From a virus (Duplodnaviria > Caudoviricetes), in the IMG/VR virus record IMGVR_UViG_3300036987_000532, positions 1 to 44,725 of that record: a DNA stretch of 44,725 bases; one strand, 5' to 3'. Of the stretch, positions 27,546 through 36,594 are shown one piece after another. Numbering within the stretch: position 1 is the first letter of the stretch; the number at the start of each line of letters is the position of its first letter. Below the pieces are notes generated by a model that worked only from the letters and a program-made list of their open reading frames with translations, did no database searches and was not told the origin of the DNA. The position numbers and the translations under genes were made by a program.

Positions 27546-28048
27546 CAGTACTTGTCTCCATCAAGCTTTGATAAGATCACTTGTAGTGGCGTTGCTCCAC
27601 CTTCAACTGTGATGTTTTGCTTTTGCTGCCATCTCTTGTTTCTACGGTTAAGCAACCAGAATTGATTTGTGGTTGGATCAGCCGGCTTGTATTTTTGAAT
27701 GGTTATTGGTTCCATTGTTTCAACAGTCTCTTTGACACCATCCACAACTCTAGTTATCTTTGTCTTCACAAGGATCTCTTCAGGATAATAGAACCCTGTT
27801 GCAAGTTTGAACGTTTCATTCTCAACTTTTGCATCGGAAACTTCCTTGTTATTCTTTAAGGCCTCACCTATCTTACTGTGAACCTTTTGCCACTCATAGA
27901 GTGTTTTCTCAGATATGTTCATTGCCTTTGCTAACTCTTTGTTAGTCATTCCTGACCTAACGTAGTCTTCAATCAAAGCAACTCCCTCATTGCTTATCCA
28001 ATAAACATATTTAGATTTTGCACCTTTGCCACGTCTTTTTGCTTTCAT
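27545..28048 (-). CDS. terS: Terminase small subunit
   Basis: HTH (MTNKELAKAMNISEKTLYEW) and PADPT...FWLLNRR..W, directly upstream of terL. Start re-called to MKAKRR (RBS GGGAG). Confidence 0.85.
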   Translation of the reverse strand: MKAKRRGKGAKSKYVYWISNEGVALIEDYVRSGMTNKELAKAMNISEKTLYEWQKVHSKIGEALKNNKEVSDAKVENETFKLATGFYYPEEILVKTKITRVVDGVKETVETMEPITIQKYKPADPTTNQFWLLNRRNKRWQQKQNITVEGGATPLQVILSKLDGDKY

Positions 28049-28066
28049 ATAATCAACTCCCATTTT

Positions 28067-28084
28067 TTCGCTGTTGGATGCGAA
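28067..28084 (-). promoter_or_regulatory. Conserved hairpin motif TTCGCATCCAACAGCGAA upstream of terS
   Basis: Stem TTCGC/GCGAA with loop ATCCAACA. Second copy at 23106-23119. Confidence 0.6.
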
Positions 28085-28101
28085 TACTTCTTAATGTTAG
28101 T

Positions 28102-28677
28102 TTAGTTTCTTAATTTTGCTATTTCATAGATGAAATCGCTTTTAGTGTCATATTTAGAATAAAGGCGACCATTTTCGATCGCCTTCTTTGTATAGTACTT
28201 GCTAGGTATTCTTTCACCAAGTATGACATCTCCTATTGAATCACCTTCATATCTGAGAATGATGCGTGGTTTCTTTGCTGTAGATGCACACAGTGTTCTT
28301 ATGGTGCTCTCGGTCATCCCGGTCTTTTCCATGCACTCATAGACTGATTCATAGATTGCTTTTGGTTGACCTGTGATGACGCTGTATAGGATCACTCTCT
28401 TGTACTTGCGTTGCTCTTGAGGCAATTCTTCTCTCAGTTTGCTTCTTCTGTACCTTCCGAAGTTTGTGAGATGGTCTCGATTGTATGTGCCATCCATGAG
28501 GGCTTCCCATATCACATCGATGGTGTCCTCTTTGATGCTGAGCCTCTTTTGAGTGTCTTTGTCATCATAGAGTAGTCTCTTGATGTAACCTACATTGACA
28601 CCTTTGATTAAGAGATCATGGAATTGATTGGCATACTCTTTGACTTCAATTCTATGTTGTCTTAGTTCCCTGTGCAT
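28102..28677 (-). CDS. NUMOD1-like DNA-binding protein, candidate late regulator
   Basis: IYESVYECMEKTGMTESTIRTLC resembles the NUMOD1 HTH. Last gene before terS. Confidence 0.5.
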   Translation of the reverse strand: MHRELRQHRIEVKEYANQFHDLLIKGVNVGYIKRLLYDDKDTQKRLSIKEDTIDVIWEALMDGTYNRDHLTNFGRYRRSKLREELPQEQRKYKRVILYSVITGQPKAIYESVYECMEKTGMTESTIRTLCASTAKKPRIILRYEGDSIGDVILGERIPSKYYTKKAIENGRLYSKYDTKSDFIYEIAKLRN

Positions 28678-28898
28678 CAGTTCACCTTCTTTGCCGCCTG
28701 CTCGTCAAGCATCTCTTGCTTGTCTCTGAGATAGCCTTTTATGATGATGCCATCTCTTTCAATCTCACATTTTGTGCCCTTTGCATCGTCGCCAGTTACT
28801 CGAATAGATGATCCGTCAGCTCGTTTCACCCATTCACCGATTGCTGCTTCCACTTGACCGTTGACGGTTATCTTCATGACACGATATATTTTAGGCAT
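28677..28898 (-). CDS. Hypothetical protein
   Basis: Start re-called to MPKIYR (RBS GAGGA), coupled to both neighbours. Confidence 0.6.
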   Translation of the reverse strand: MPKIYRVMKITVNGQVEAAIGEWVKRADGSSIRVTGDDAKGTKCEIERDGIIIKGYLRDKQEMLDEQAAKKVN

Positions 28899-29301
28899 AT
28901 AGTCGTCCTCTGATGATTCGCCAAACGTTGTTCCTGAACAGTTCGTAGTGGTTGATGTACTCGATATCACCCTCAGTTGATACCAACGCCCTGAATCCTA
29001 TGAGATATTTTAGATCCGTTTGTTTCACCCATCGGCCATCGTCACCATCATAATTGGCTTTATATACAATGCACGGTAAGCAAGCTACTGAATATTCGTA
29101 GTCTTCATTGACATGCCATACGACCTGATAACCCATGTTCCCGGTGAAGTCTAGGTCATCTTCATTAACGATACGTGAATCAGATGTGATAATCACATCG
29201 CCACCTGCTTCAACTTCAACATACTTTTCGTCAACTCTTGAGACAAGGTATCCGAAACCAATAACAACTACTGCAATGATGATCCAAACCAGTTTTTTCA
29301 T
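28891..29301 (-). CDS. Membrane-anchored or secreted hypothetical protein
   Basis: MKKLVWIIIAVVVIGFGYL anchor, ATGA overlap, CxxC in the soluble part. Confidence 0.65.
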   Translation of the reverse strand: MKKLVWIIIAVVVIGFGYLVSRVDEKYVEVEAGGDVIITSDSRIVNEDDLDFTGNMGYQVVWHVNEDYEYSVACLPCIVYKANYDGDDGRWVKQTDLKYLIGFRALVSTEGDIEYINHYELFRNNVWRIIRGRLYA

Positions 29302-29474
29302 TTTCTTTCCTCTCTTATTTTCCAAAGCCATCCACCTTTATAAGGCTTCAATCTTACTACAGGAACATATTTTCCTTCAAAATAAATAAATCGTGTGCAA
29401 GCGTCATTCATATAGACATTAAACTTTTTGATCACGCCATTCGGCAATTGAATATTGTATCTGGCTTTTCTCAT
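29298..29474 (-). CDS. Small basic hypothetical protein
   Basis: MRKARY start with ATGA overlaps at both ends. Confidence 0.55.
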   Translation of the reverse strand: MRKARYNIQLPNGVIKKFNVYMNDACTRFIYFEGKYVPVVRLKPYKGGWLWKIREERK

Positions 29475-30085
29475 GATTTCACCCACACATACTGCCATGA
29501 TTGAGGTGCTTTAGAAACTAAATACTTTGCTTTTAGTTGTGGAATAGACACCAACTCACCATCTTTTAGTGAGTTAAGCATAAACCCGCCATCTTCATCA
29601 AGACCATCTATTCTACGGTAAAACTCACTCAATTCCAAAGGCTTATCAAATATTTCAAGTTTCTTGATATGCCATGCGTAGCCTCGTTTTTTCGGTTTTA
29701 GGTAATCAAAAATTTCCTTAAACGATAGACATAGGTCTTTCTCTTTACCAGAGCCTACCAACGTGTATCCATCGTTTAGTCCTCGTAATATGTCCAGTCT
29801 TATCTGTGTAAATTCATCATGCCACCAACGAGCGACTACTTTGGCGTTTAATGGGTTATCAAAATCAAGCCTATACTTAAGATTTCCTAACTTTTTTTCA
29901 AGTATTACATAACCATCACCAATTAATTTATTATTGAATAATTCAGGTTTCCCTTTAGTAACATACATATACACCCAACCAACAAAGTCTTTAGGAACAC
30001 TCTTGCGTAGTTCAAGTGTCTTTTTGCCGTTCAAGATGTTTACTGCGTATTCAGGTCTAACGCTGATTAAAATTGATTTGTTCAT
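29471..30085 (-). CDS. ASCH domain protein
   Basis: ILISVRPEY...ILNGKKTLELRK, YMYVT and the terminal APQSWQY. Confidence 0.85.
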   Translation of the reverse strand: MNKSILISVRPEYAVNILNGKKTLELRKSVPKDFVGWVYMYVTKGKPELFNNKLIGDGYVILEKKLGNLKYRLDFDNPLNAKVVARWWHDEFTQIRLDILRGLNDGYTLVGSGKEKDLCLSFKEIFDYLKPKKRGYAWHIKKLEIFDKPLELSEFYRRIDGLDEDGGFMLNSLKDGELVSIPQLKAKYLVSKAPQSWQYVWVKS

Positions 30086-30333
30086 TCTTCAACCTTTCCG
30101 ATGATTTCGTGTATCATCTTAATTTCGTCAAAACTAAATGTCCACCATAGACCTCGTGTGTTACCATTCTTAAACTTGCGATAGACGAATACAGCCTCGT
30201 CGGGTGTGCATACGTTGATTAGGTATGTTTTACTTTCGGCTTTCCATTCAACATACACACCTTCCATCACATCAATTTCAGTTACTTTCCACTCGTGCCC
30301 ATCTGCGATGAATGTGTCGCCTACTTTAATCAT
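30082..30333 (-). CDS. Hypothetical protein
   Basis: 83 aa, ATGA-coupled, RBS GGAGG. Confidence 0.65.
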   Translation of the reverse strand: MIKVGDTFIADGHEWKVTEIDVMEGVYVEWKAESKTYLINVCTPDEAVFVYRKFKNGNTRGLWWTFSFDEIKMIHEIIGKVEE

Positions 30334-30545
30334 TTTTCATCTTCCTCCATATTTATACTTGGTAGTTCGTTTCTACCGTAGAAACTCATGTGCGTTATCA
30401 ATCTGAACTTGTTATCGTCAAGTGATATTTCGGTGTCAAGCATTGTGATTGGTTTCTTTAAGTCTTTTGTGTTTTGTTGAACAAACCACTTAAAGATGAC
30501 CGTTTGTGCTTCTTGTAACATTTGCGGTGTGATTACTTCAATCAT
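30330..30545 (-). CDS. Hypothetical protein
   Basis: 71 aa, coupled to neighbours, RBS AGGTG. Confidence 0.6.
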   Translation of the reverse strand: MIEVITPQMLQEAQTVIFKWFVQQNTKDLKKPITMLDTEISLDDNKFRLITHMSFYGRNELPSINMEEDEK

Positions 30546-30756
30546 TTACTTTCACCTTTCTTCCTTTGATGTCTAACGAAATCGACCAAAACATAAGTAT
30601 CAAAGATATTGTTGTTATGTGTCTATCCTCTGCGAAGTGGTCGATTTGCAAGCCATCTGCCGTATAAACTTCTTTGTATGTAAAACTTCTTTGAACCCCA
30701 AACCCTAACGCAAACATATTTTTATTAAAATTGAAGTTAAGCCAAAGTCGTTTCAT
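30538..30756 (-). CDS. Hypothetical protein
   Basis: 72 aa, ATGA-coupled. Confidence 0.6.
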   Translation of the reverse strand: MKRLWLNFNFNKNMFALGFGVQRSFTYKEVYTADGLQIDHFAEDRHITTISLILMFWSISLDIKGRKVKVND

Positions 30757-31139
30757 TTCCCTACCCCTTGATAGAAGCGACCAATGAGTGTGATGAGTGG
30801 TGGAGTTAAGTCAATTTCAAATGATATAGTTCTATACTCCCACTCCCAACCATAGCCACAAATAATTTCATCACATTCTCCATAATGTTGTCTTTCTTCG
30901 GTATAGTAGAATGTCATGTTTGTGCCAATCTTTACGGTTCTATTGAGGTGTTTCCCCAAAGCCTCACAAACTTCATCTGCTGTTGGTGGTGTGAGGGCTT
31001 TTGCAATCAATTCAAACCTTTCTTTGATGTCACTCGTTAGCATATCCATTGATTGTTTATCGCAACCATCAGCATACATATCGCTATGTCTTTGCATGAG
31101 TTCGTGTTGTATTTCTCTTAACGCTTCAAGTGTTGTCAT
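30753..31139 (-). CDS. Hypothetical protein
   Basis: 128 aa, RBS AAGGAG. Confidence 0.7.
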   Translation of the reverse strand: MTTLEALREIQHELMQRHSDMYADGCDKQSMDMLTSDIKERFELIAKALTPPTADEVCEALGKHLNRTVKIGTNMTFYYTEERQHYGECDEIICGYGWEWEYRTISFEIDLTPPLITLIGRFYQGVGK

Positions 31140-31145
31140 TTCTCA

Positions 31146-31337
31146 TCACTCCTTGTTATTGATTACTTGCAATGTTATAAGTTCATACACGCCATAACCT
31201 TTAATCATCGACCATTTATTTTTGGCTTCTAATTGTCTTGTTGCTTCTTCTAAATCGGTATAACATTTACCCCTATTTGTTGAAATATCAAGACCTATGC
31301 CACCCTCTGGGCTCATTATGATATACACTTCTTTCAT
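31146..31337 (-). CDS. Hypothetical protein
   Basis: 63 aa, ATGA-coupled, RBS GGGGTG. Confidence 0.6.
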   Translation of the reverse strand: MKEVYIIMSPEGGIGLDISTNRGKCYTDLEEATRQLEAKNKWSMIKGYGVYELITLQVINNKE

Positions 31338-31819
31338 TTTTTATCACCCCAATTATAACTTTCTCTTAATTCGTTATATTCTCTATCATGTTTTACACCA
31401 AAATTATTTTTAGTGTAGTGTTGTTGTATTTCCAACATTCTAACCAATATCTTTTCGTTCTTCTGCAACGCCATCAACTCACGCTCAAACTTGTCATACT
31501 GGCTTTTCGGCATTGTGATGGTTTCCTTGTCGAGTGAATAGACGCTGATGTTGGCGAGTTCGTTCTGCAACCGTTCGAGTTCTTTCTCGGTTGCTTTTTG
31601 TGATAAATTAACTAACGAGTTTTGAGATACAGGTATCCAATATTCAAGTGTAATTTTGCTTTCATCTACTTCAACTAAATCGCCTACAATATAAGGGGTT
31701 TTATCGTAATAAATTAAATAACCTGTTACCAAATCGCCTTTATGTATAATCGTGTCAGTCAACTCTATATCATCTTCACAAATACTTTTACCTTGCCATT
31801 TTACTTCATGCTTGTTCAT
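31334..31819 (-). CDS. YopX-like protein with C-terminal coiled coil
   Basis: Start re-called to MNKHEVKWQGK (RBS AAGGAG). EVKWQGK...VTGYL...V...SL pattern resembles the YopX N-terminus. Confidence 0.5.
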   Translation of the reverse strand: MNKHEVKWQGKSICEDDIELTDTIIHKGDLVTGYLIYYDKTPYIVGDLVEVDESKITLEYWIPVSQNSLVNLSQKATEKELERLQNELANISVYSLDKETITMPKSQYDKFERELMALQKNEKILVRMLEIQQHYTKNNFGVKHDREYNELRESYNWGDKK

Positions 31820-31829
31820 TGCTTTCTCC

Positions 31830-33176
31830 TTATAAGAAATCGAATATGTCATACATAACGACTTCTGCTTTGATTCTCGCCTCAGCGATCTTCAAGTAAT
31901 CTTGTTCCATCTCACAACCGATATAGTCAATCTTCTCTGCCTTACACGCTATTGCTGTTGTGCCACTACCCATAAACGGATCAAGGCATAAGCCACCTTT
32001 AGGCGTTACTAACCTTACGAGGTATCGCATGAGGTCAATAGGTTTGACTGTTGGATGGATGTTTTTGCGTGCAGTGGAAGCCCTTTGATACGCTATGTCT
32101 GGTTTATTGGTTCTTGGATGATCGGTTTCTATCTCTCTATCCTCAAACCCACTCAAACCGAAGTTGCGTTCACTTTGTGATGATTTGGCTGTGTAGAAGA
32201 AGCGTGAAGCTGATCCTGTATCTTCATAACTCTCAAATGGTTGTTTTTGTTTGTAGTCACCATACAACGATGCTTTATCTTCGTAGGCTTTAGAGATACT
32301 TCCACCTGCTTCAGTGTTAGGAAACTTGCTTATTACCTCATCACTACCATCGTGTATGACGTTGGCTGGGAAACGACCGTTGACTGTTACTTCACCCATA
32401 GATACAAGACCTCCATTTTGTCTTGTTAATCCTTGCCCACTAAACTCACCTGTTTTGCCCATTGAACTCACTTTTTCATAAGTCAACTCTTCCGTTCCAA
32501 CCCTACACCCATCAATGTTTATCCCACCCACGCCATGCTTTAAGACGTTGTTCGCCACTGTGCCATCTAACGGCTTACGAGCCATCACGATAGGCTCTAA
32601 CGCAGGTTTGAGTGCTGTTCCCCAACCTTGCCACTGTTTGGCTTCATCAGTTGATGGTGCTGTGATGTTAAACTCGCCACCAAATGTTTCAGGGTAATTT
32701 GAGGCATTTAGCACATTTCTTGATTTTCCACTGTTACCATTTCCAACCACTTCACGCTCTGCACCCATTGACTTATCAATAGCCTTGCTGATGTCATGCG
32801 ATTTAGGAAACCCACTACCGTAGAGCCATGCAATTTGGTCTCTTATCTCAAACCCTGCTATGCGTAAGCCCATGACTATCCAATCGTATGTGCGAGTTCC
32901 TGCAAATGATAGCAAGTGTCCACCTGGCTTCAACACTCTCAAACATTCTTTCCAGAACACTGGCTGTGGAACGAATGAATCCCATTCCTTGCCCATGAAC
33001 CCTTTACCTTTGATTTCGTGATATCCTGTTGTGATCCATGATGACAATACTTCGAGTGCGTTTGGCTCTTTGCCAAGTCCGTATGGCGGATCAGTCACGA
33101 TGCTGTCGATACTGTTTGACTCGAATGTTTTGATGATGTCAAGATTGTTGCCGTGATATATCTTGTTTCGTTCCAT
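31830..33176 (-). CDS. Beta-class DNA amino-methyltransferase (DPPY, probably m6A)
   Basis: IVTDPPY precedes HPTVKP and LDPFMGSGTT. Confidence 0.92.
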   Translation of the reverse strand: MERNKIYHGNNLDIIKTFESNSIDSIVTDPPYGLGKEPNALEVLSSWITTGYHEIKGKGFMGKEWDSFVPQPVFWKECLRVLKPGGHLLSFAGTRTYDWIVMGLRIAGFEIRDQIAWLYGSGFPKSHDISKAIDKSMGAEREVVGNGNSGKSRNVLNASNYPETFGGEFNITAPSTDEAKQWQGWGTALKPALEPIVMARKPLDGTVANNVLKHGVGGINIDGCRVGTEELTYEKVSSMGKTGEFSGQGLTRQNGGLVSMGEVTVNGRFPANVIHDGSDEVISKFPNTEAGGSISKAYEDKASLYGDYKQKQPFESYEDTGSASRFFYTAKSSQSERNFGLSGFEDREIETDHPRTNKPDIAYQRASTARKNIHPTVKPIDLMRYLVRLVTPKGGLCLDPFMGSGTTAIACKAEKIDYIGCEMEQDYLKIAEARIKAEVVMYDIFDFL

Positions 33177-33186
33177 ATATTTTCCC

Positions 33187-34155
33187 CTAAAAGATACTTA
33201 ATTGAACTGTGCTTATTTCACTCAATCTTTTCTCAGCTATCTTTGCATATTCCGGATTGAGTTCAATGCCTACATACGATCTACCTGTTTGTTTTGCTAT
33301 AATGCAATTTGTTCCACTTCCTAAGAATGGATCAAGTACTACACCATTTTTAGGACACCCGGCTTCCATCATGGTTTCTACCAATTCTCTAGGAAACATT
33401 GCAAAATGTTCGATACTACTTGATTCAGTCGATATTGACCAAACTGTGCGTTTGTTCCTCATGAGGTTTTCAGGATGCACATATCTTTCATTGATTCCTG
33501 TATAATCACCTCTCCCCACTTGTGATTGTTTGCTGTCTGAGATGGTGCGATTATATTCATTGAGGATTCTCAAGCCTTTGTTCAAAACTTTCAATGCTGC
33601 CTTGGATCCTCTTACTGTTCCTGAATCAAGTGTTTTCATTTTTTCTTTTGGTTGATTGAAGAAGTATGTTTTGGATTTTGTAAAGAAGAATACCTCTTCG
33701 TAATCTACTGTGAATCTATCCTTCACGCTTGATGGCATAGCGTTAGGTTTGTGCCAAATGATTTTGTTTCTTAAAACCCATCCACGATCAATCATTTCTA
33801 TTGCCAATCTTGATGGGATCATCATCAATGATTTTCTTGGTATGGTTCCCGGTTTTTTATTGATCATTTGTTTAGGTATGTACGCAAGCTTTTCATCAGT
33901 TTTTCCTTGTTTATCACCTGCATATGTATCTGAAATCACAATCCATAAGGAACCAGTATCTTTTAGAACTCTTTTTGCCTCATCAAATACAGCAACGAGT
34001 TTATCAATATACTCTTTAGGTGTTGTTTCTAACCCTATTTGGCCATCAATATGATAGTTTCTTAATTGAAAATACGGTGGTGATGTTATGATACAATCGA
34101 CTGATTGAGATTCTAGTTGACTTAACCCTAGTAACGCATCATTGTTAATTACCAT
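33187..34155 (-). CDS. Beta-class DNA amino-methyltransferase (SPPY, probably m4C)
   Basis: ITSPPY, IIWHKPN, HFAMFP and LDPFLGSGT. Start re-called using RBS GAGGTGG. Confidence 0.92.
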   Translation of the reverse strand: MVINNDALLGLSQLESQSVDCIITSPPYFQLRNYHIDGQIGLETTPKEYIDKLVAVFDEAKRVLKDTGSLWIVISDTYAGDKQGKTDEKLAYIPKQMINKKPGTIPRKSLMMIPSRLAIEMIDRGWVLRNKIIWHKPNAMPSSVKDRFTVDYEEVFFFTKSKTYFFNQPKEKMKTLDSGTVRGSKAALKVLNKGLRILNEYNRTISDSKQSQVGRGDYTGINERYVHPENLMRNKRTVWSISTESSSIEHFAMFPRELVETMMEAGCPKNGVVLDPFLGSGTNCIIAKQTGRSYVGIELNPEYAKIAEKRLSEISTVQLSIF

Positions 34156-35548
34156 AATCCACCTCAAATAGATTTCTAAATAGTGCCATCAGCACATCAA
34201 CCACGATTGCGTTGCCTGCTTGCTTGTAAAGTTGCGAGTTGCTACACACTGTAGATGCCTTGTAGTAGTCATCATCCGAGATGCCCATGAGCCTCCAACA
34301 TTCGAGTGGTGTGAGTTTACGGATGCGTAGTTCGTTTTTTGTAACAAGATTCTTAACAGTTGCACAAGTGATTGCTTGAGAATATCCATTTGTCACTCTC
34401 TTTGCTTTGTTGTAACCGTTTGGAAATGATAAGTCTGCACAATCACCATCATTAAACTCATCCACTACATTACTGTTGATGTATCGTTTGACATTACCGT
34501 TCTCGTCAATCATTTGCTCATCATTTTTGCTTACTACAATTTGAACCGGCTGTTTGTAGTGTGTTTCAAGAATTGTTGGTGAAAGTCCATTTAAGTCATA
34601 TACTCCACCTTTTTGGTGATCATCTGTTTGACCAATTTTGTTGACTGAATCTATGATTTTTGGTTCTCTATTGCCACCCTGTAATGTTTGAATTGTCGGT
34701 GATATTCCATCTGATGAATATACTCTACCTGTACTCTCGGTAACACCTTTCCCAATAAGTTGTGCTACTTGTTGCAACTCACCCTTGATATATGTACTTT
34801 CAGCAACATTTCCTTCTCTTGCTGTAATTGTGTGAGAGTGTTTGCTTTGTTCATCAAGTGGTCTAAATTGTCTATCCCATCCGTTCGATGTTCCTGTAAC
34901 ATACTGAAGCATCTTATCAGTGAGATAGTATTTCTCATCCACCACTGGTTCGAGATAATCTTTCAATCTCTTCTCAAGCTTGATGGTTGATGGAAACTCA
35001 TATGAGCCATCCAACACCGATACCATGAACACTCGATCACGATTTTGTGCGACACCATAGTCTTTGGCGTTTAGAACATCGACATAGTTCGTGTAGCCCA
35101 TTTTCTCAATCTCAAGGTATATTTCACGCCATCCATCCTTGAACTTGTCAGACAGTAAGTCAGGCACATTCTCCATGAGTAGCACTCTTGGTTTCTCGGA
35201 TACTTGAAGTAGTCGGATAACTTCGTATGCCAACCCAGAACGAGTGTTGCTCAATCCTTTTTGCTTACCTGCTTTCGATAAGTCGGTGCAAGGAAATGAC
35301 CAAGTGAATATATCACATGATGGTATTTCTTCCATCTTGGTGATGTCACCATAGTTTTGAACATCACCATGAATTGCCATATATGATTGAATCGCATACT
35401 TGTCAATCTCACTGATACCGACATGGATGGTTTCGATGCCCAAGCGTTTGAGTGCCATCGCTTGTGTGCCAATACCTGCAAAGGCTTCAAACAGTCTTAC
35501 AGGTTGTTTTAACTTGGTTGCTTCGATATGGAAGTCAAATAGATTCAT
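34145..35548 (-). CDS. C5-cytosine DNA methyltransferase with an expanded variable region
   Basis: Motifs I FAGIG, IV FPC, VI ENV, VIII QNRDR, IX RKLTPLECWRLMG and X YKQAGNA. Confidence 0.95.
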   Translation of the reverse strand: MNLFDFHIEATKLKQPVRLFEAFAGIGTQAMALKRLGIETIHVGISEIDKYAIQSYMAIHGDVQNYGDITKMEEIPSCDIFTWSFPCTDLSKAGKQKGLSNTRSGLAYEVIRLLQVSEKPRVLLMENVPDLLSDKFKDGWREIYLEIEKMGYTNYVDVLNAKDYGVAQNRDRVFMVSVLDGSYEFPSTIKLEKRLKDYLEPVVDEKYYLTDKMLQYVTGTSNGWDRQFRPLDEQSKHSHTITAREGNVAESTYIKGELQQVAQLIGKGVTESTGRVYSSDGISPTIQTLQGGNREPKIIDSVNKIGQTDDHQKGGVYDLNGLSPTILETHYKQPVQIVVSKNDEQMIDENGNVKRYINSNVVDEFNDGDCADLSFPNGYNKAKRVTNGYSQAITCATVKNLVTKNELRIRKLTPLECWRLMGISDDDYYKASTVCSNSQLYKQAGNAIVVDVLMALFRNLFEVDYGN

Positions 35549-35816
35549 GTGATCCACCTTTTTTTATTGCATTATAGACAGTTGCAACACTACAACCGAC
35601 TTTATTGGCAATTTCCTTTTTGTTTGTGCTAGTGAATAAAGCTTGATTCACTTCGTATAAAAACTGTGTTGTATTTTTGCTGATGCTTTTTTCTTTGAGT
35701 CTTTTGCGAATAACTTCCCTAGACACACAATACTTGACCTCAAGCGTTCGTAATGACATTCCCCTTTGATAGTCTTTGATGATCTCATCTAGTGGCAATT
35801 CAATCTTTACGTTCAT
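35535..35816 (-). CDS. Small double-HTH DNA-binding protein
   Basis: GMSLRTLEVKYCVSREVIRKRL and KKEIANKVGCSVATVYNAI. Confidence 0.7.
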   Translation of the reverse strand: MNVKIELPLDEIIKDYQRGMSLRTLEVKYCVSREVIRKRLKEKSISKNTTQFLYEVNQALFTSTNKKEIANKVGCSVATVYNAIKKGGSHESI

Positions 35817-36594
35817 GATTTAGCCTCTGGTCTCTTCCTGTTTCTTTACCAACGCTAACCCAGTATTTACCACTTCGTTCAACAAGTCTTGATGCAATCG
35901 CTTCATCAATGTTTGCCATCTCGTTATGATTCTTTTCGGTTGAGATAATTGTGATCAAGTCACTTTGTGAGTACCGATAGTCTATGAGTTCAAATAGATT
36001 ATCAATATCTTTGGTTTTCATGAAGTCGTCAATGTATAGCACCTTGCATCTCATGAGACGTTCCATCTCACGTTCAGCCTCTTCTTTGACATCCATGTAA
36101 CCACTCTTCATTCTTTTTTGAAGTCTAGGCATTTCCCTAGCGTATGCAAAGTATTTGAATTCATAGCCTTGCTTGATGAGTTCGCCAGAGATTGCTGTGC
36201 AAATGTGTGTTTTACCACTTCCAACTTGACCTGAAATGACAAACCATTTTGATTGATGATTCTTGATATAATCGGCAGCAATGTCTTTTACCACTTTTTG
36301 CCACTTTTCTTTGCCTTGATATGATGCCATTGTCATCTTTTCAAAATCCTCTTTAAGGCCACTATTGATGATCATTCGCATGATTTTACGTTGTCTTAAA
36401 CAATCACAATCTTTTGTTACTATCTCGTTGTTTTTGATGATGTATATAAACCCTTTGTTTCGACAGATATCACAATTGATGCCATCAACCTTATTCATTG
36501 AACCTTCAGTCTCATTAAAGATTTCACATCTTAGTTGATCCGTTGGTGCTTTAACATCGACTAGCGATTGATATAACTCATGTGCTTGTTTCAT
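35800..36594 (-). CDS. DnaC/IstB-like helicase loader ATPase
   Basis: Zn motif CxxC...CxC, Walker A GQVGSGKT, Walker B LYIDD, DYRY and SRL. Confidence 0.9.
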   Translation of the reverse strand: MKQAHELYQSLVDVKAPTDQLRCEIFNETEGSMNKVDGINCDICRNKGFIYIIKNNEIVTKDCDCLRQRKIMRMIINSGLKEDFEKMTMASYQGKEKWQKVVKDIAADYIKNHQSKWFVISGQVGSGKTHICTAISGELIKQGYEFKYFAYAREMPRLQKRMKSGYMDVKEEAEREMERLMRCKVLYIDDFMKTKDIDNLFELIDYRYSQSDLITIISTEKNHNEMANIDEAIASRLVERSGKYWVSVGKETGRDQRLNHERKD

